Source of the DNA: Octopus vulgaris
Lineage: Eukaryota
Assembly (NCBI GenBank): GCA_951406725.2
Contig: OX597818.1
Location: 95,356,001 to 95,420,000, forward strand
Direction: 5' to 3'
DNA length: 64,000 nucleotides
This document shows positions 26,370-39,800 of this stretch, piece after piece. How positions within the stretch are numbered: the stretch's first letter is position 1; every line of letters begins with the position of its first letter. A model generated the notes under the pieces. That model saw only the letters and a program-made list of their open reading frames with translations. It was not told where the DNA came from and ran no database searches. Made by a program: the position numbers and the translations under genes.

Positions 26370-29096
26370 ATACATACAATTATGCATACATACATGTGTA
26401 TGTATGTACACATGTACGTTCATATGTACATAGGTAACATAGGTATGATATGTATGTATAAAATGGTTCAATTAACTGCTATGTCTTTCAATGTAATATG
26501 ATGTTAAAATGAAATGAATTATTTCATGTTCACTTGAGAGTTTATAAATTCTTGTCATCCGCATAATTATATACACAAATTTGAGACTGAAAAGAGAAAT
26601 GATCCCATTGACGTCAGAATCTTGAGATCTGACCTCACTGTACCTTTCCACATTTTCTTTATTATTCTTCTGCCCCAGATATCCTCTACCAATATCAAAC
26701 GCCACCTCTTTTCCCAATAGTCATTGTTTATTCACACCATACATCTGTACAAATATGATATTTAAATAAAATATTGTTGCAGATATAATGGGTGTGTGAA
26801 AGTTTATTCCAAAAGACACTAAATCTCAGTGAATATTCTGCAAATTCTCTTCCTGTAACCCTTTTGACACCATCCTACACCTGATTCTGCAATAGAAACT
26901 TCCTACCTGTTTTAAAGTGATTCTAATTAAAACCTTCTATCAAAATTTCATGTTTTTTTTTTCTTTAGGTCCTAAATACCAGCTTAATAATGAAAAAAGT
27001 TAATTTTGTAATTTCTTCCAGCATGGCCACAGCTTTTGGGTTGAAACACATAAAAGAATGAGAGAATTATTTTGAAAATTATTTGAAGCAAAGTCTGTAT
27101 ATTTCAACAGAAATATTGCAACAAAAAGGTGCCGGTACCACTTAAAAAGCGCCCATGCTGTTGCTGTCTTAACATATCCATGCTGGTGCTGCATAAATGT
27201 ACCCATGCCAGTGGCATGTAAAAAGCACCCAGCACACTCTGTCATTAGGAAGTGCATACAGCCATAGAAACCATGCTACATTTTGCCCGTTAGCACGCCA
27301 GGCGAAATGCTTAGCAGTATTTCATCAGCCACTGTGTTCTGAATTCAAATTCCGCCGAGGTCGACTTTGCCTTTCATCCTTTTGGGGTCGATTAAATAAG
27401 TACCAGTTATACACTGGGGTCGATATAATCAACTTAATCTGTTTCTCTGCCCTTGTTTGTCCCGTCTGCATTTAGCCCCTTGTGGGCAGTAAAGGAATAA
27501 TAAACCATGTTACAAGAGACAGTTGGAGTCTGGACAGCTCCCTACTAACCAGCTCCTTGTTAAACCATCCAACCCATGCCAGCATGGAGAGTGCTGGCAT
27601 GTATTAAACAATGATGATGATGATGTTTGCGACTGTACATTGTTTAAACACATATTTTCCATGTAGTTCATGAGTGGTTGTCATATTTCATTCAAATCTA
27701 ACAAAAACATCAAACTATATAAATTATGTATCACATAAATTCTACCTGTAATATGATGGCCCAAATTTATCACATAGTTTCTGACTGAACCTGGAACCAT
27801 GAGGTTGGGAAGCAAGCTTCCTACCACACAGCCATGACAGTCTTCTTTCCGTTGCTTTCTATCCATTCACAAGGCTTTAGTCAGCCTATGGGTTATTGTA
27901 GTAGACATTTGCCCATGGCTGAGAGAAATTACCAGACAATGCTCACCTACCTGGTGGTTGGCTGCCAGATATTATTGCAGTACACAACACTATTATGTTT
28001 GTTGTTGTTTGTTCTTTCTCAAGCCATGCCTGGCTCATAAGGGTTGGTTTCCTGGTTTCCTTGGCATATAGGTTCCCCACCTGGATGGGACACTAGTCAG
28101 TCACAGGTGAGCTGCAAGATGCAGGAGGAAAGAGTGAGAGAAAGTTGTGGCAAAAGAGTCAGCAGAAGATCCCCATTACCTTCTGCTGGAGCCGCATGGA
28201 GCTTAGGTGTTTCATTCATAAACACACATATCGCCTGGTCTGAGATTCGAACCCACGATCCCTCAACTGTGAGTCCGCTGCTCTAACCACTAGGCCATGT
28301 GCCTCCACCCTTATTATGTACTGAATTAAATGTGCTGTGATTAGTCATGCCATACCCATTCGGAATGTACTACGTCCATCACTGCAGCCCACCTACCAGT
28401 GTCCAACTACATCTGCTGCCAACCATTTTGTTGATTTCGGAAATCCACCGCAACAACTTCTCGGTTGTCATTATGGGAGATGGATGGTAATTTACAGGGT
28501 ATTTTTTACTGAAAAAGTACATTTTCCATGCTGCAAATATGAATATCATGAATAGTTAAAAGTGGATGGGGTGGGGTGACTAATTGTAAATATGAATGGT
28601 GCAGAGATGATAATAAATTAATTACAGCTGCACAAATCAGTAGATTTCAATAATTTGAAATGTATAAGTTGCTAGATTAGTAATTTTTATTCAAATTAGA
28701 TTTATTGATTTAACATGATTTAATTCAGTGGCTATAACCAGCTGCAACCTATATGTATCTTTTACTGGGCAGAGAAAGTGGGATATGTGGCTTTTATGGA
28801 AAGTTCATCCAATGGACTGGAAACTAGTCAAAATAGTCCCTCTTTCCATGTCTATAGAAAGATCAATATTTTTTATTTTTCACCTTCTACTTGTTTCAGT
28901 CATTAGACTGCAACCATACTGAGGCACTGCCTCAAAAAGTTTTTAGTTAAATGAATTGACTCCAGTACTTTTCTTCTTAAGCCTTGTCCTTATTCTATCA
29001 ATCTCTTCTTCTGAACTGCTAGATTACAGTGATGTAAACACACCAACACTGGTTGCCAAGCAGTGACAAACAAAGACACAAAGACACACATGCGTA

Positions 29097-29706
29097 TATT
29101 AGTTCATCCCATAAATAATACAGTTTCTTCAACTTCATGAGCTAAATATCAGAGTGGGACGAGATAAACTACCTGCTATACGAGATAAACAACTTGCTAT
29201 AGAAACAGGTAGTAATTTTACCTTGTACTTATTCTTAGTGCAAGTTTTGAAGAGTGCAGTTCGATTTTGAGTTATTTTTTCAAAGCTATAATGGCAGTGA
29301 CAAAGGAACTCATTCAGCATATTTTGCTTTATTGATTCAATAAAGGCAACAACGCAACAGAACGTGCAAGGAATATTAATGCAGCATATGGGGATCACAT
29401 GCCCCACTCACCATATTCGCCAGACAATACCCCATCTGATTATCATTTATTCTGCAATCTTCAAAATCATTTGGACGGAAACAATATGAATTCTGTAGAT
29501 GAGGTCAGAACAGTACTGGAGAAGTACTTTTCTTCATGGACAAGAGAATTTTGGAAGTGGGGCCTTCAAGTCTACCAGATGGATGTAAGAGCATTGTAGA
29601 AAATGACAGAGAGTATATTTTAGATTAAAAAAGAACTTTGTTAATCTTAATTTTGAAAAATAAAAGAAATATAAAAAAACTACATTATTCATGGGATAAC
29701 CCAATA
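29097..29706 (+). mobile_element. Internally deleted mariner derivative with both TIRs
   Basis: Left tattagttcatccccataaataatac, right attattcatgggataacccaata; PHSPYSPDNTPSDYHLF; same family as 25125-26202. Confidence 0.88.
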
Positions 29707-29949
29707 TATATGACAAAGCTTTCATTGATCTGAGGCTATAGTAAAAGTCACTTGTCCAAGGTGCCATGCTGAGGAAGTGAACCCAGAACCATGTGGTTAG
29801 GAAGCAAGCTGCTTACCAGATATCCACACCTGCACCTATATAAAGACATTTTAGAGATTTGTGTATGTTCATTGCACAAATTACAGCAATGGCTAGGTAT
29901 ACCTAGATATATTTTGAGATTTGTGTGTGTACACACACACACACACACG

Positions 29950-29982
<33 letters not shown>

Positions 29983-29986
29983 ACAA

Positions 29987-30019
<33 letters not shown>

Positions 30020-31284
30020 CGCTCCATACACATTTGTAACTTCCACCCAGCCACATTTCTTGTTTTCAGCCTCAACTCACTTCTTACCTTGTACTTTGAA
30101 AGCCTGCCCTGACACCCCTTCACCACTATTTTTATCTATCTTCTTCAGCTCCACCCTGGTTCCTTCCATCCTCTCTTCTGTAATGTGAATAACCATGTAG
30201 CTCTTGTACCACAATAAACTTGTTCTTGTTCCTTCTTTCATACTTTAACTTCTCATCTTCTAGCATAAAAATCATCACCCTCACTACTTTAACCCTGCTC
30301 AAACTGTCAACTGCTTGGCAATCTCTCTAGTGCTGGTCCCATGATAAAATGCATCCTGCCATAGGAACCAAAACTAGGGCAAAACATATGAATGAGGTCC
30401 TCTTAGTCATCTAAGGCAATTGTCACTCCAAATAAGAATAGACTTGGACCATGACAGCTAACCTAAGTCATACTTAAATGGAAAGCAAGTGTAAAACAGT
30501 GGTACTGATGAGGATGAAATATATGCGTGTGTGTGTGGTGGTGGTTTGTTGTGCTTGAAAAGACATGTCAAGCTTAGTAAAAGCACAGCTGCCCTTGCAT
30601 TCAGGCTTGTCCTCTACAACCCTCTCCAGCTGAGCATCCTTAATCTTGTGGGCTTGTAGGTGCTGGTGCCATGTAAAAAAGCCTGCATAATAGCATCCAG
30701 CACACTCTGTAAAGCGGTTAGTGTTAGGAAGGGCATCCAGCCATAGAAAACATGTCAAAACAGGCAGCCCTTCAGCTGGTCAGCTCCTGTTAAACCATCT
30801 GACCTATGCCAGCATGGAAAACAGGCATTAAATGGTGATGATGTTTATGGTACATACACACACATACATACACATATTTGTTGGTTCACCTGAAGTGATA
30901 AATTACAGGACTCAATACAAATGTAGTATGTTCTTTAATACATTATAAATGAAAGGCTCTGATTTCCATTACTCAAAGTTACTCATTTCCAATAATCAGC
31001 TGATAAACTGAGCCTGGTTTTCTTTTGAATATCCACTGTGCTTTTTGAAATATGAGCTGAAAGTTTGAAGAAAACACTTATCTTTATGATCTTTCATTTA
31101 AAATTTTTGTGAACAACATGTGTAAAAACAGCTTCAAGCTCACGCTTTTTATTTCATTTCTGGTTCTTGTTGGTAATATTACTATAAATGTCATAAATTC
31201 CATAAAATCAAAGTCATGAAATTGCTATTTATATAATGTTCCAAAATAATAAATAAAATAATAAATAAAATAATAAATAAATGT

Positions 31285-31790
31285 GTCCTTTTAAAGCCTA
31301 GCCAGGTTCATGGGCCTGGTTTCCTGGTTTCTATGGTGTTTGTATTCCCCAGCTGGATGGGACGCTAGTCCATCACAGCGTTACTCATTTTTGCCAGCTG
31401 AGTGGACTCGAGCAACATGAAATGAAGTGTTTTGCTCAAGAACACAACGCGTTGCCTGGTCCAGGAATCGAAACCACAATCTTATGATCATGGTGCTGAC
31501 ACCCTAACCACTAAGCCACGCGCCACCACAAAAATATAAATGCGCCCTTTTAAAGCCTAGCCAGGCTCATGGGCACGGTTTCCCAGTTTCTATGGCGTAT
31601 GTGTTCCCCAGCTGGACGGGACGCCAGTCCATCGCAGCGTTACTCATTTTTGCCAGCTGAGTGGACTGGAGCAACATGAAATGAAGTGTTTTGCTCAAGA
31701 ACACAACGCGTCGCCCAGTCCAGGAATCGAAATCACAATCTTAAGATTATGGTGCTGACACCCTAACCATGAAGCCACGCACCTCCGCTT
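31285..31790 (-). mobile_element. Head-to-tail tandem dimer of SINE family B
   Basis: Two ~250-bp near-identical copies, 31285-31530 and 31543-31790. Confidence 0.9.
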
Positions 31791-32014
31791 CCAAAACAAT
31801 ACTTTTAAATAATACTTTTTATTAATGCTTTTAATTAACGTTTTTAAAAACAATGAGTGTGTATGCAGGTGTTCATTTTGCATGGAGATAAATATGATTC
31901 ATTTCAACTAAATGTTATTGATTGGTTTAATATGGGAGATGTATGCAGCCTGATCAAATAAAACAGCTGCCAACTAATCAATGTAATAATATTAATAAAA
32001 ACAATTCTTTCTAA

Positions 32015-32443
32015 TTTTTGGCACAAGGTTAGCAGTTTATGAAGGGAAGAGGCAAGTTGATTACATTGCCCTAGTACATGACTGGTACTTTATTTTATCA
32101 ATCCAAAAAATAGGAAAAGGCAAAACTGACCTTGATGGAATTCAAAGTTCGACCCCGGCAGAATTTGAATGCAGAACATGAGGCCTTGGAAATTTTGGGG
32201 AAGGGGACTAGTTGATTACATCGACCCCAGTGTTAATTTATCGACTCTGAAAGGATGAAAGGCAAAGTTGACCTCGGTGGAATTTGAACTCAGACTGTAT
32301 AGGCAGACAAAATAGCACTAAGCATTTCACCTGGCTTGCTAATGATTCTGCCAGCTCACTGCCTTGAACACAGAACATAATGAGTTGAAAAAATATTGCA
32401 ACTCATTTTTCCCAACACTCTGACAGTTTTGCCTGCTTGCCTC

Positions 32444-32484
<41 letters not shown>

Positions 32485-33350
32485 TTCTTCTATCACAGGC
32501 ACAAGGCCTGGAATTTTATAGTTAGTGGGGGCTAGTCAATTACATCAACCCCAGTGCTCAACTGGTATTTATTTCATCAACCCCCAAAAGGGTGAAAGAC
32601 AAAGTTGACCTCAGTGGAATTTGAACTCAGAACGACAATGATGATGATGATGAACATAAAGAGACAGAAGAAATATTACTAAATATTTCATCTGACATGC
32701 TAACAATTCTGTCATTGAAGACGATGTATGAGCATTCAACTTTTTGCCGAACAACCTGCACGAATGATTTGTTTATAGTGATCAAACATTCATGCTGCAC
32801 ATTAACTCACTCTCTCCATCAAATCAATGTTGCCTGAACAGATGCACTATGTACCTCAGGTGTCAAAGTGATCACTGAGCAATGTGAGATGAAGTGTTTT
32901 GCTCAAGAACACAATGCCCCACCCAATCTAGGAATTGAAATCATGATCACCAGATTGAGAGTGCAACACCCTAACTACTAGGTCATGCATTCTCATACTG
33001 GTACTTATTTTATGAACCCTAAAAAGTTGAAAGGCAAAATCAACCTCAGCAGAATTTGAGCTCAGAATGTAAAGATAGATAAAATGCCTCTGAACATTTT
33101 GCCCAGCTTGTTGCCGTAAATAATTATAGTAATAATAATGATTTCAAATGTTAGCCCAGGCCTGAAATTTAGGAGTAGTGGGTAAATCAACTATGTTAAC
33201 TCCAGTGTCTAACTAACTGGTGCTTATTTGATTGACCCCCTAAAAGGACAAAAGGCAAAATTGACATCGGCAGAATTTGATCTCAGAACATAAGCATACA
33301 AACGATTCATTTTGCCCAGCATACTTATAATTCTGCTTGCTTGTTGCCTT
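32015..33350 (-). mobile_element. Cluster of SINE family C copies separated by (AAT)n
   Basis: Repeated gaaaggcaaagttgacctcggtggaatttgaactcag. Also at 51205-52160(-, three copies), 8740-8875(-), 9583-9790(+), 21745-21955(+) and 27285-27500(+). Confidence 0.85.
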
Positions 33351-33509
33351 AAATAATAACAATAATGATAATGATAATAATGATAATAATAATAATAATA
33401 ATGATAATAATAATAATGATAATAATAATAATGATGATGATAACAGATAAAAATCAAATCATGCCTCCTCATTTATATGAATGCCCCAATCATCAACATA
33501 AATGTATCT

Positions 33510-33930
33510 ATCAATACTTACCAAAAACTGAGCATGTACAAAGGTCTTGAAATAGAAATTTGCAAAATGTGGAACCTCAAGACTAAAACTATACCAGTTG
33601 TCATTGGTGCCCTAGGAATGATTGCAAAAGGAGCTGATTCCTACCTAGCTCAGATACCAGGAAACCCCAAAATGGCAGAAATTTAAAAGACAGTGCTCAT
33701 GGGGACTGCCATATCCTACGAAAAATAATGTCTATGTAATCTCAACTTCTAAAACAAACTTATAATTTTCTTGTTTTCTTAAACATCCTCTAGAACAATA
33801 CTATGTACAAAACCAAATATATGACACTCTAGGCATAACACCAACATGGACTTCTAACTTGTCTTTTGAGGACTCTGGGTGAGACTTGGGGCCAACTTGT
33901 ACAAATACAAAGCAAAAGTCAGACATATAA
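33510..33930 (+). mobile_element. 3' fragment of an R4/Dong-like (restriction-like endonuclease) non-LTR element
   Basis: KLSMYKGLEIEICKMWNLKTKTIPVVIGALGMI...IPG.P; flanked by (TAA)n-like tracts, the usual Dong target. Confidence 0.75.
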
Positions 33931-33961
33931 TGATAATAATAATAACAACAATAATAATAAT

Positions 33962-34100
33962 ACATTATTTACATTTGACGGATATTTGTCCTAATCTTGT
34001 TTGTTGTTAACACAACGTTTTGACTGATATACCCTTCAGCCTTCATCAGGTGTCTTGGGGAAATTTCGAACCTGGGTTCTCATTCCTACGGTATTTTTCA
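33962..34100 (-). repeat. Short dispersed repeat with a decayed minimal hammerhead (copy 2)
   Basis: The reverse complement contains acac-CTGATGA-aggctg...cagtc-aaaac-gtt-gtgt. Confidence 0.6.
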
Positions 34101-34643
34101 ATGTTATTATTATTATTATTATTATTTAGGTCACTGCCTGGAATCAAACTCGGAATCTTGGGGTTAGTAGCCCGTGCTCTTAACCACTACGCCATATGCC
34201 CATGTTTTATATTGATAAGTAAGGTAGCTGGGAAATGTATATAATGGACTATAACCCTATGTCGTTTGTCATTGTGCTTTGTTTACCTATCACATTGTTT
34301 TCCTATCTTCTTTTCTATCTTGTTCACATTGTTTACTTTTACAAACATACATATACATTCATACACAAATGCATCCATATACATACATACCCACACACCC
34401 AAATACACACTTATGAATGTATCTATACATGAGCATATATGTGTGTGTCTGTATGTATACATACATATATATATGTATGTGTGTTATATGTATATATAAT
34501 GTACACATGTATGTGTGTGTGTATATATATATATATATATTTATACACACATATATATATGTATGTATACACACATACACACACATAAATGTATGTATAT
34601 TAATATATATTTGTATATCATATAATAATGATATATATAAAGG

Positions 34644-34681
<38 letters not shown>

Positions 34682-34895
34682 ATATTTCGGAATGGTCATA
34701 TTGCCAGTTTAGCCAATAAAAACACACGCACTATATATTTGGTGTTATTTTGCTTTATTTGATAATATATTATGTAATGATAGGAATGGGATTTGCCCAC
34801 TCTATAGGAACAAGTCATGGAACACTATAGAAAGGACAAAAAAGAAAATAGGGAAGGCCAACTCTTGGTATGATAGCCATAAATACCAGAGTGTC

Positions 34896-35429
34896 ATGTT
34901 CGTTGACACCACCCCTGGAGGTGAACTGGCGTACCGCTTTAGAAGGACCCTAGATAAACTTAAACTAAGAATTAAGGTTGTTGAAAAGCCAGGCAACCCT
35001 ATCAAATCTATAATTGGTAGAACCTATCCTTTTAGTAGAACCCTCTGTACGGATAACTATTGCACTGTATGTAGATTTAGCCCACAAACAAACTGTAAAG
35101 CCAGAAATGTAGTCTATAGTATAAGATGTATAGAGGGACGATGCAGTAACAAGACAGTAACATACGTAGGGGAAACAGCAAGAAGCATAGGAGAGCGGGT
35201 GAATGAACATTGGAGACAACTCAAGGAAGGTAAAAGCTCATCGATTCTGTACCAACACGCCGAACAGGAACACGGGGGATCAATCTATAACATAGAGATT
35301 AAGATATTGTCCACACATAGAACAGATGCAACAATTAGACAAATTACAGAAGCTACACATATAATAGAAAATAAACCTAGCCTGAATAGAAAACTAGAAT
35401 GGGGCAATAGCACACACCACAACATATGA
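34896..35429 (+). pseudogene. C-terminal part of a PLE protein (linker, Cys cluster, GIY-YIG endonuclease); RT missing
   Basis: CTDNYCTVC..NCKARNVVYSIRC..C...TYVGETARSIGERVNEH...HAEQEH...EATHI...PSLNRK. Confidence 0.85.
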
Positions 35430-35528
35430 CGATAGAGGATCCCGAAAACATAATAAATACACAGATAAATAAACAAATAGAAATGAATAACTATATATAT
35501 GTATATATGTCTATGTATGTATATGTAT

Positions 35529-35560
<32 letters not shown>

Positions 35561-35952
35561 GTGTATATATGTGTGTATATGTATATATATATATTTTTTT
35601 TTTTCGATTAGATTTTCTTTTTCTTTTTCTTTTTTTTTTTCGATTAGATTTATTATTATTATTATTACTAATATTGTTGTTATACATACATACAAGCATA
35701 TGTAATGGGTGGATGTAAACACATGAACAAAATTAGAACAAAAGCAACAACAACAAAAACAAAATACAAATTACATGAATGTATATAAACAGAAGATACA
35801 AATATTACAGGCATCCCCCCACACACACACACTAAATAAACATAGACGCACATAGAGATATAAGCATGCGCAAATGAAGACATACAATAGAAATACAAAA
35901 TGGCTGACGGTTAGTAAGGAGAGACACAAATAAGTGAGAAGAAAACAAAGGA

Positions 35953-35992
35953 CCACTGATGCGGTCACAGGAGTGTGATGAAAGAACTCTGG
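35953..35992 (+). ncRNA. Variant minimal hammerhead-like motif in the PLE 3' region
   Basis: cca-CTGATGCG-gtcaca-ggag-tgtgat-GAAA-gaa-CTC-tgg: stems I and II form, but the core deviates from CUGANGA. Confidence 0.4.
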
Positions 35993-36169
35993 CCGAAATA
36001 AGATTAAGATTAATGTAAAAAATAAATATCACTGAAGCAAAATAACACCAAATATATAGTGCGTGTGTTTTTATTGGCTAAACTGGCAATATGACCATTC
36101 CGAAATATAACAATACCTGTTTCAACACACGACTTCACATAAAAAATCTTGCACAACAAATATTTAAAC

Positions 36170-36228
<59 letters not shown>

Positions 36229-36741
36229 GTATATTATATATATAGCAGTATATTATACAATATATATATATATATAAATGCATACAAACATGTATATGTA
36301 TTTATGATTTTGTGTGTGTGTGTGTGTGTGTGCGTGCATGTGTTTGTGTATGTATATATTGTCAAAGTACATTAATTTTCCATAGGAACCGGGGTGGACA
36401 ATGCTGACTCTCCCATTTTTTTACTTTAACACAGCTTGAATAATTACAACTCTCTATCTCTCGCACCTGTACGCTTTTAATTGCTGCACATTTGTAAATG
36501 TGTGATCCTGCCAAGCAGGATTGGTCAGGATTTCAATTTGAATAACTATTTACTTTGAATCAAAGCATGAAAACATATGAAATGTTTAAATAACATTTTA
36601 ATATCGTTTCAATGAAAACCACATTGTACAATGTACATACAATAATGTCTCGAATTCATTTATTTACTTATTTCTTTATTTGATGGGAGGTGTAGCAAGA
36701 CAGTGTGTGTGTGTGTGTATACGTGTGTGCATGCACATGTA

Positions 36742-36777
<36 letters not shown>

Positions 36778-36849
36778 TGTATGTATGTATGTATGTATGT
36801 ATGTATGTATGTATGTATGTATGTATGTATGTATGTATGTATGTATGTA

Positions 36850-36893
<44 letters not shown>

Positions 36894-36895
36894 CA

Positions 36896-39800
36896 TGGTA
36901 CAAGATTTTCTGGGCAGGGAACACTGACGGGGTTGGTGGCGTGGGTATACTTATCGCTGAGAAATGGGTAGATAAAGTAATTGAGGTAATCAGAGTATGT
37001 GACAGAATACTTAAGATTAGATTAGTGCTTCATCATAGTTTAGCAACCATTATATCAGCCTATGCTCCTCAGTCGGGGCTACCCGATGGAAAGAAAGACC
37101 GATTCTATGACACTCTACTGCAGACTACCTCATTGACGAACGACAGAGACCTTATCTTTGTGGCTGGTGACTTCAATGGTCACGTTGGACGACATGCTGG
37201 GGGCTTCCATGGCGTACATGGAGGCTATGGCTATGGCTCCCGAAACGAGGAGGGAACCAGGCTGCTGGAGTTCTGCGATGCAAATAATCTTATGATTTGC
37301 AACACTAACTTCAGGAAACCTACCAGCCACCTAGTCACTTACCGATCGGGCCAACATACCAGCCAAATTGACTACATCCTTGCAAGGCAAAGGGAGAGAT
37401 GGCTGCTTATAAATGCCAAAACCTTCCCAGGTGAAGAATGTACCCCACAACATAGACTGGTAGTTAGTGACTTTAGGATCAGGACTAGGAGGACAACCAG
37501 AAGACGACCAATATAGAGAAGAAGGATCTGGAAGCTTAAAGATCCTGCAAATGGACAGAGATTTAGAGACATATTACTTGAAGCCTCTGACGAAGTAGAA
37601 GGGGATAGAGCATCACAGGGGGTAGAAGACAGCTGGACGTTTCTAAGGGACAACCTGCTGAGAGCCACTGACCAGATCTGTGGCTGGTGCAAAGTCCCCT
37701 CTCGACCTAGAATAACGTGGTGGTGGAACAATATTGTAGACAGGGCTATTAGAGAAAAGAGACAGGCTTGGAAGGTCTGGAAAAATGGGGGTAGCAGGGA
37801 ATTGTATCAGACTGCCAAAAGAGAAGCTAAGAGACAGGTTTATTTAGCCAGAGGGGAAGCAGATAAGAAAAAATTTGCCAATGTTCTGCGCCGTGAGGAC
37901 CAAAGACTGGAGGTGTTTCGCGTTGCAAGACAGTGTGTGAGAGAGAATCGTGATGTGGTAGGAGAGAAGTGTGTTCGCATGGAAGATGGTTCACTTGCGC
38001 TAAATGATGATGCAAAGGTTTGGAGATGCCACTATGAAAGTTTGCTGAATAAAGAAAATGAATGGGATAAAGAGAGTCTGCCGAATGTTGACCCAACAGA
38101 GGGACCAGCTATCCAAGTTGATAGTTCCGTGGTAGCTAAGGCAATTAGAAGCATGAAGACAGGAAAAGCCCCAGGCCCATCAGGAATCACTGCAGAGATG
38201 CTCAAAATGTCTGGTAGTGTCGGCTATAGCCTAGTCACCCATATAGTTAATCAGGTGATACACAAAGGAGTCATACCCAATGACTGGTGTAGCAGCATAA
38301 TAGTCAACTGCTACAAAGGTAAAGGTGATGCCCTAGATACAAATAACTACAGAGGTATCAACCTGTTGGATCAGGTGATGAAGGTTACGGAGAGGGTCAT
38401 AGCCCAACTAATTAGAGAGAGAGTTAGTTTGGAGATGCAGTTTGGGTTTGTGCCAGGGAAAAGTACTACTGATGCTATATTCCTGGTAAGGCAGCTGCAG
38501 GAGAAATACCTAGCCAAAGATAAGCCCCTGTACCTGGCTTTTGTTGACATGGAGAAAGCCTTCGACAGGGTCCCCCGATCCCTTATCTGGTGGGCAATGA
38601 GGAAACTAGGGATAGATGAATGGTTAGTGAGAGCTGTGCGGGCCATGTGTAGGAACGCTGCTAGTAGGGTGAGGGTTGGAAACGAGTACAGTGAAGAATT
38701 CCGGGTAGAGGTAGGGGTCCACCAAGGCTCAGTACTCAGCCCCCTCCTATTTATCATAGTCCTCCAAGCAATAACGGAGGAATTCAAGACAGGATGCCCT
38801 TGGGAGCTCCTCTATGCTGATGACCTTGCTCTAATTGCTGAGTCGCTATCAGAACTGGAGGAGAAGTTTCAGGTATGGAAACAAGGATTTGAATCGAAGG
38901 GCCTCAGAGTCATAATCAGTAGGAAGGTAGACAAATCACAAACGCCTTCAGGTAGATGGCCCTGCTCGATCTGTAGAAAAGGTGTAGGTAGAAACTCTAT
39001 AAGATGCACCAAGTGTAAGCTATGGACACATAAGAGGTGCAGCAATGTCAAAGGAAGGCTAACTAGGAAGATGGTTTGTGTATGTGGCAGATGCTCAGGA
39101 ACAATAAACACTGAAAATGCTCTGAGACCAACTTCCGTCACTTTCCAGGGAGAAAAACTAGAAATAGTTGATAGTTTCCGTTACCTAGGTGACCAAGTCA
39201 GCAGCGGGGGCGGGTGTGCTGAAAGTGTAACTGCTAGAGTAAGAATAGCTTGGGCAAAGTTCAGAGAGCTCTTACCTCTGCTGGTGACAAAAGGCCTCTC
39301 GCACAGAGTGAAAGGCAGACTGTATGATGCGTGTGTACGAACAGCCATGCTACATGGCAGTGAAACATGGGCCGTGACTGCTGAGGATATGCGTAAGCTT
39401 GCAAGAAATGAAGCCAGTATGCTCCGATGGATGTGTAATGTCAGTGTTCATAATCGACAGAGTGTAAGTACCTTGAAAGAAAAGCTGGACCTAAGAAGCA
39501 TCAGTTGTGGTGTGCAAGAGAGACGTTTGCGCTGGTATGGTCATGTGGCGAGAATGGATGAAGATAGTTGTGTGAAAAAGTGCCACACCCTAGCGGTTGA
39601 GGGAACCTGTGGAAGAGGCAGACCCAGGTGAAGCACGACCTTCGAACTTTAGGTCTCACTGAGGAAATGACTAGAGACCGAGTCCTCTGGAAGTGTGCTG
39701 TGCGCGAGAAGACCCGGCAGGACAAGTGAGTCCATAACCCGTGGCCTTCTACTTGGGATGGAGCCAGCCTACGTATGCATACCTTCCCTTCTTGGGACAC

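Larger units (their letters stand above)
34675..36172 (+). mobile_element. Penelope-like element (PLE) remnant: GIY-YIG endonuclease, perfect 81-bp inverted repeats and a short terminal tail
   Basis: 34675-34755 is the exact reverse complement of 36035-36115. The internal ORF carries GIY-YIG motifs and the element is embedded in (TA)n. Confidence 0.88.

Noticed and set aside
35420-35460. SECIS or selenocysteine read-through at the PLE ORF's TGA
   Set aside because: The conserved Cys positions are ordinary Cys codons, the TGA follows the end of the domain, and no SECIS-like stem is evident.
36680-36895. N-terminal extension of the LINE endonuclease ORF
   Set aside because: It is microsatellite that happens to be in frame; LINE homology starts at ~36896.
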